64,000 nucleotides of DNA from Gammaproteobacteria bacterium (lineage in GTDB: Bacteria; Pseudomonadota; Gammaproteobacteria; Eutrophobiales; Eutrophobiaceae), in NCBI GenBank assembly GCA_021773245.1, contig JAJFKK010000124.1, positions 31,336-95,335 of the forward strand, read 5' to 3'. A program made the position numbers and the translations under genes. The notes beneath the pieces are model-generated. The model was not told where the DNA came from and did not search any database. It was given only the letters and a program-made list of their open reading frames with translations. This document shows, one piece after another, positions 61,864 to 64,000 of this stretch; the first letter of the stretch is position 1, and every line of letters starts with the position of its first letter.

Positions 61864-62217
61864 TTAGTTTTCAGCTTGCGCTGCTTCTCTATCTTCTGAT
61901 GAGCTCCAGAGTTTCTCGAGTTGGTAGTATTCGCGTGTTTCCGGGTACATGATATGAACAATAATATCGCCGAGATCAACTAATACCCATTCGCCTTCTG
62001 TTTTACCTTCTACGCCTAATGGTTTAACGCCATTTTTCTTAGCAGCTTCAACAACCTTGTCTGCTAATGCAGCAACTTGTCGTTTTGATTTACCGCTGGC
62101 GATAATCATATAGTCAGAGATGCTGGTTAATTTACTGACTTCAAATACAACAACGTCTATTGCTTTAACGTCTTCAAGTGCAGCAAGGGTAATTTCAACA
62201 AGTTTTTTTATGTTCAT
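61864..62217 (-). CDS. rsfS: Ribosome silencing factor
   Basis: LEDVKA, DYMIIASG, WVLVDLGDIIVH, YQLEKLW. Confidence 0.97.
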   Translation of the reverse strand: MNIKKLVEITLAALEDVKAIDVVVFEVSKLTSISDYMIIASGKSKRQVAALADKVVEAAKKNGVKPLGVEGKTEGEWVLVDLGDIIVHIMYPETREYYQLEKLWSSSEDREAAQAEN

Positions 62218-62858
62218 GCAGTGTCCAGGTAAAGGTGATTATCTTTAATATAAGTTTGAATTCTTTCAGGGAGTAAATTGTCGACGGTTTTATTTTTTGA
62301 ATAGCGCTGTCGAATCATGCTTGATGAGATATCAAGCATGGGAATGTTCATTAAGTAAATATGTCCAAATAAATTATTTTTAAGTAGCGTTTTATCAATT
62401 GTTCGATGCTTTTCTATCCATGCTTCTAATTTGGCTGATAGTCGATTATTTGATTCATCTGGCCGATTCGCAACGATAATATGCGCGTAGTGTAATAGTT
62501 CCTGCCAATCTTTCCAGCTATCAATTTTATTAAAGGCATCTCGGCCGAGAATTAAGCAGAGTGAATCGTTAGCAAGTTCATTCCGTAATGATTTTAGAGT
62601 ATTGATACTATAGGAGATATCCGTGCTTTTCAGTTCCCGCAAATCAATGGAAAGACCGGGTTCTTCTGCAAGGGCAAGTTCGAGCATGTTGCGCCGATGC
62701 ACTGATGATGCAACGGGTTTGTCTCGATGTGGCGGAATATTAAGCGGTATTAATCGAACTTGATCAAGTTTGAGATGTTCCTGTGCCTTGATAGCCAGTC
62801 GGAGGTGTCCGTTATGAATCGGGTCGAATGTACCGCCTAAGATGCCAATTAAATTCAT
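62214..62858 (-). CDS. nadD: Nicotinate-nucleotide adenylyltransferase
   Basis: GGTFDPIHNGH, PPHR, ISSS.IR. Confidence 0.96.
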   Translation of the reverse strand: MNLIGILGGTFDPIHNGHLRLAIKAQEHLKLDQVRLIPLNIPPHRDKPVASSVHRRNMLELALAEEPGLSIDLRELKSTDISYSINTLKSLRNELANDSLCLILGRDAFNKIDSWKDWQELLHYAHIIVANRPDESNNRLSAKLEAWIEKHRTIDKTLLKNNLFGHIYLMNIPMLDISSSMIRQRYSKNKTVDNLLPERIQTYIKDNHLYLDTA

Positions 62859-62861
62859 TAA

Positions 62862-64000
62862 TTAGGTTCGAATATGTCCGTCTCCCAAGACGATATATTT
62901 CTTCGAGGTTAGTCCTTCTAAACCAACAGGGCCACGTGCATGGAATTTATCCGTACTGATGCCAATTTCTGCACCGAGTCCGTATTCAAAGCCATCAGCA
63001 AAACGTGTTGATGCATTGACCATCACCGAGCTTGAATCAACTTCTCTTAAGAATCGACGAGAAGTCGTGTAGTTTTCTGTGACGATTGCTTCAGTATGCT
63101 GAGAGCTGTACTTGCTAATGTGGCTCATTGCTTCATCAACATCGGCGACAATTTTTAATGACATAATCGGAGCAAGGTATTCTGTACCGTAATCTTCTTC
63201 TGTCGCAATCTTAATGCCGTCTATTAGTTTGGCTGATTCTTTACAACCACGAATTTCAACGCCGGCTTTTTTGTATAAAGGTGCAAGTTTATCGAGAACT
63301 TCTTTTGCAACAGACTTAGCAACTAATAAACATTCCATCGTGTTACAGGTACCGTAACGTTGTGTTTTTGCATTCAAGGCAATCTTTACTGCTTTATCAA
63401 TATCAGCATCATTATCAATATAGACATGACATATACCATCGAGATGTTTAATGACAGGCATACGAGCTTCATTACTAATTCGTTCGATTAACCCTTTGCC
63501 GCCGCGTGGCACAATGACATCAACGTATTCAGGCATAGTCAATAACTCACCAACGGCTGCACGATCCGTTGTTGAAATAACTTGCACGGCTTCTTGTGGC
63601 AAGTCGGCTTCTACCATGCCAATGTTTATACACTTGGCAATCGCTTGATTTGAATTTAATGCTTCCGAGCCACCACGTAAGATAGCTGCATTACCAGATT
63701 TCAAACAAAGTGCGGCTGCATCGGCAGTAACATTCGGTCTTGATTCATAAATAATGCCGACAACACCAAGAGGCACACGCATGTTACCTACTTGTATGCC
63801 GCTAGGACGCATGGCTAGATCAGTAATGGTGCCGATAGGATCACTTAAGCTTGCGATTTGGTTTAAACCTTCAACCATAGAATCAATACGCGCATCAGTT
63901 AATTCAAGTCTGTCGACTAAGGATGCTTCTAGATTTTTTTCTTTTGCCGCTTTCAGATCTTCTTCATTGGCTTTAGCCAATGCATGTTTATGTTTAATAA
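62862..64000 (-). CDS. proA: Gamma-glutamyl phosphate reductase (5' end outside window)
   Basis: [42 protein letters not shown]. Confidence 0.97.
   Translation of the reverse strand, partial: IKHKHALAKANEEDLKAAKEKNLEASLVDRLELTDARIDSMVEGLNQIASLSDPIGTITDLAMRPSGIQVGNMRVPLGVVGIIYESRPNVTADAAALCLKSGNAAILRGGSEALNSNQAIAKCINIGMVEADLPQEAVQVISTTDRAAVGELLTMPEYVDVIVPRGGKGLIERISNEARMPVIKHLDGICHVYIDNDADIDKAVKIALNAKTQRYGTCNTMECLLVAKSVAKEVLDKLAPLYKKAGVEIRGCKESAKLIDGIKIATEEDYGTEYLAPIMSLKIVADVDEAMSHISKYSSQHTEAIVTENYTTSRRFLREVDSSSVMVNASTRFADGFEYGLGAEIGISTDKFHARGPVGLEGLTSKKYIVLGDGHIRT

Noticed and set aside
1..64000. CRISPR arrays, transposases, integrases, prophage or rRNA genes
   Set aside because: No regularly spaced repeats or matching protein/RNA motifs seen; the palindromic elements have no autonomous partner in this window

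Overview
AT-rich gammaproteobacterial chromosome segment, mostly core genes. It holds mgtE (partial), the yrbG-kdsDC-lptCAB-rpoN-hpf-ptsN-hprK-rapZ-EIIA-HPr-EI operon, amgK-murU, a long MltF, the yebC-ruvCAB-ybgC-tolQRAB-pal-cpoB-queEC operon, ppk2, nadA, aspS, tRNA-Lys, bepA-soxYZ, a PPi-type PFK, a K+-dependent membrane PPase, maf, rdgC, higBA and proA(partial)-nadD-rsfS-rlmH. Four things stand out. (1) A co-oriented ~10 kb putative lipid synthesis/export cluster: pqiABC, LolA-like, an MMPL fused to a cNMP-binding domain, chalcone-isomerase-like, RhlA/PhaG-like and JmjC hydroxylase genes. (2) A ModE-like regulator divergent from an OprO/P-type porin and tupA, with no tupBC and with paired operator palindromes. 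(3) Five 143-293 bp palindromic MITE/RPE-like elements with covariation and one-strand G-T wobble bias, three of which overlap stop codons. (4) An ODP di-iron protein plus a divergent mini-chemoreceptor behind a sigma54-like promoter. All calls come from motif recognition by eye; no searches were run.
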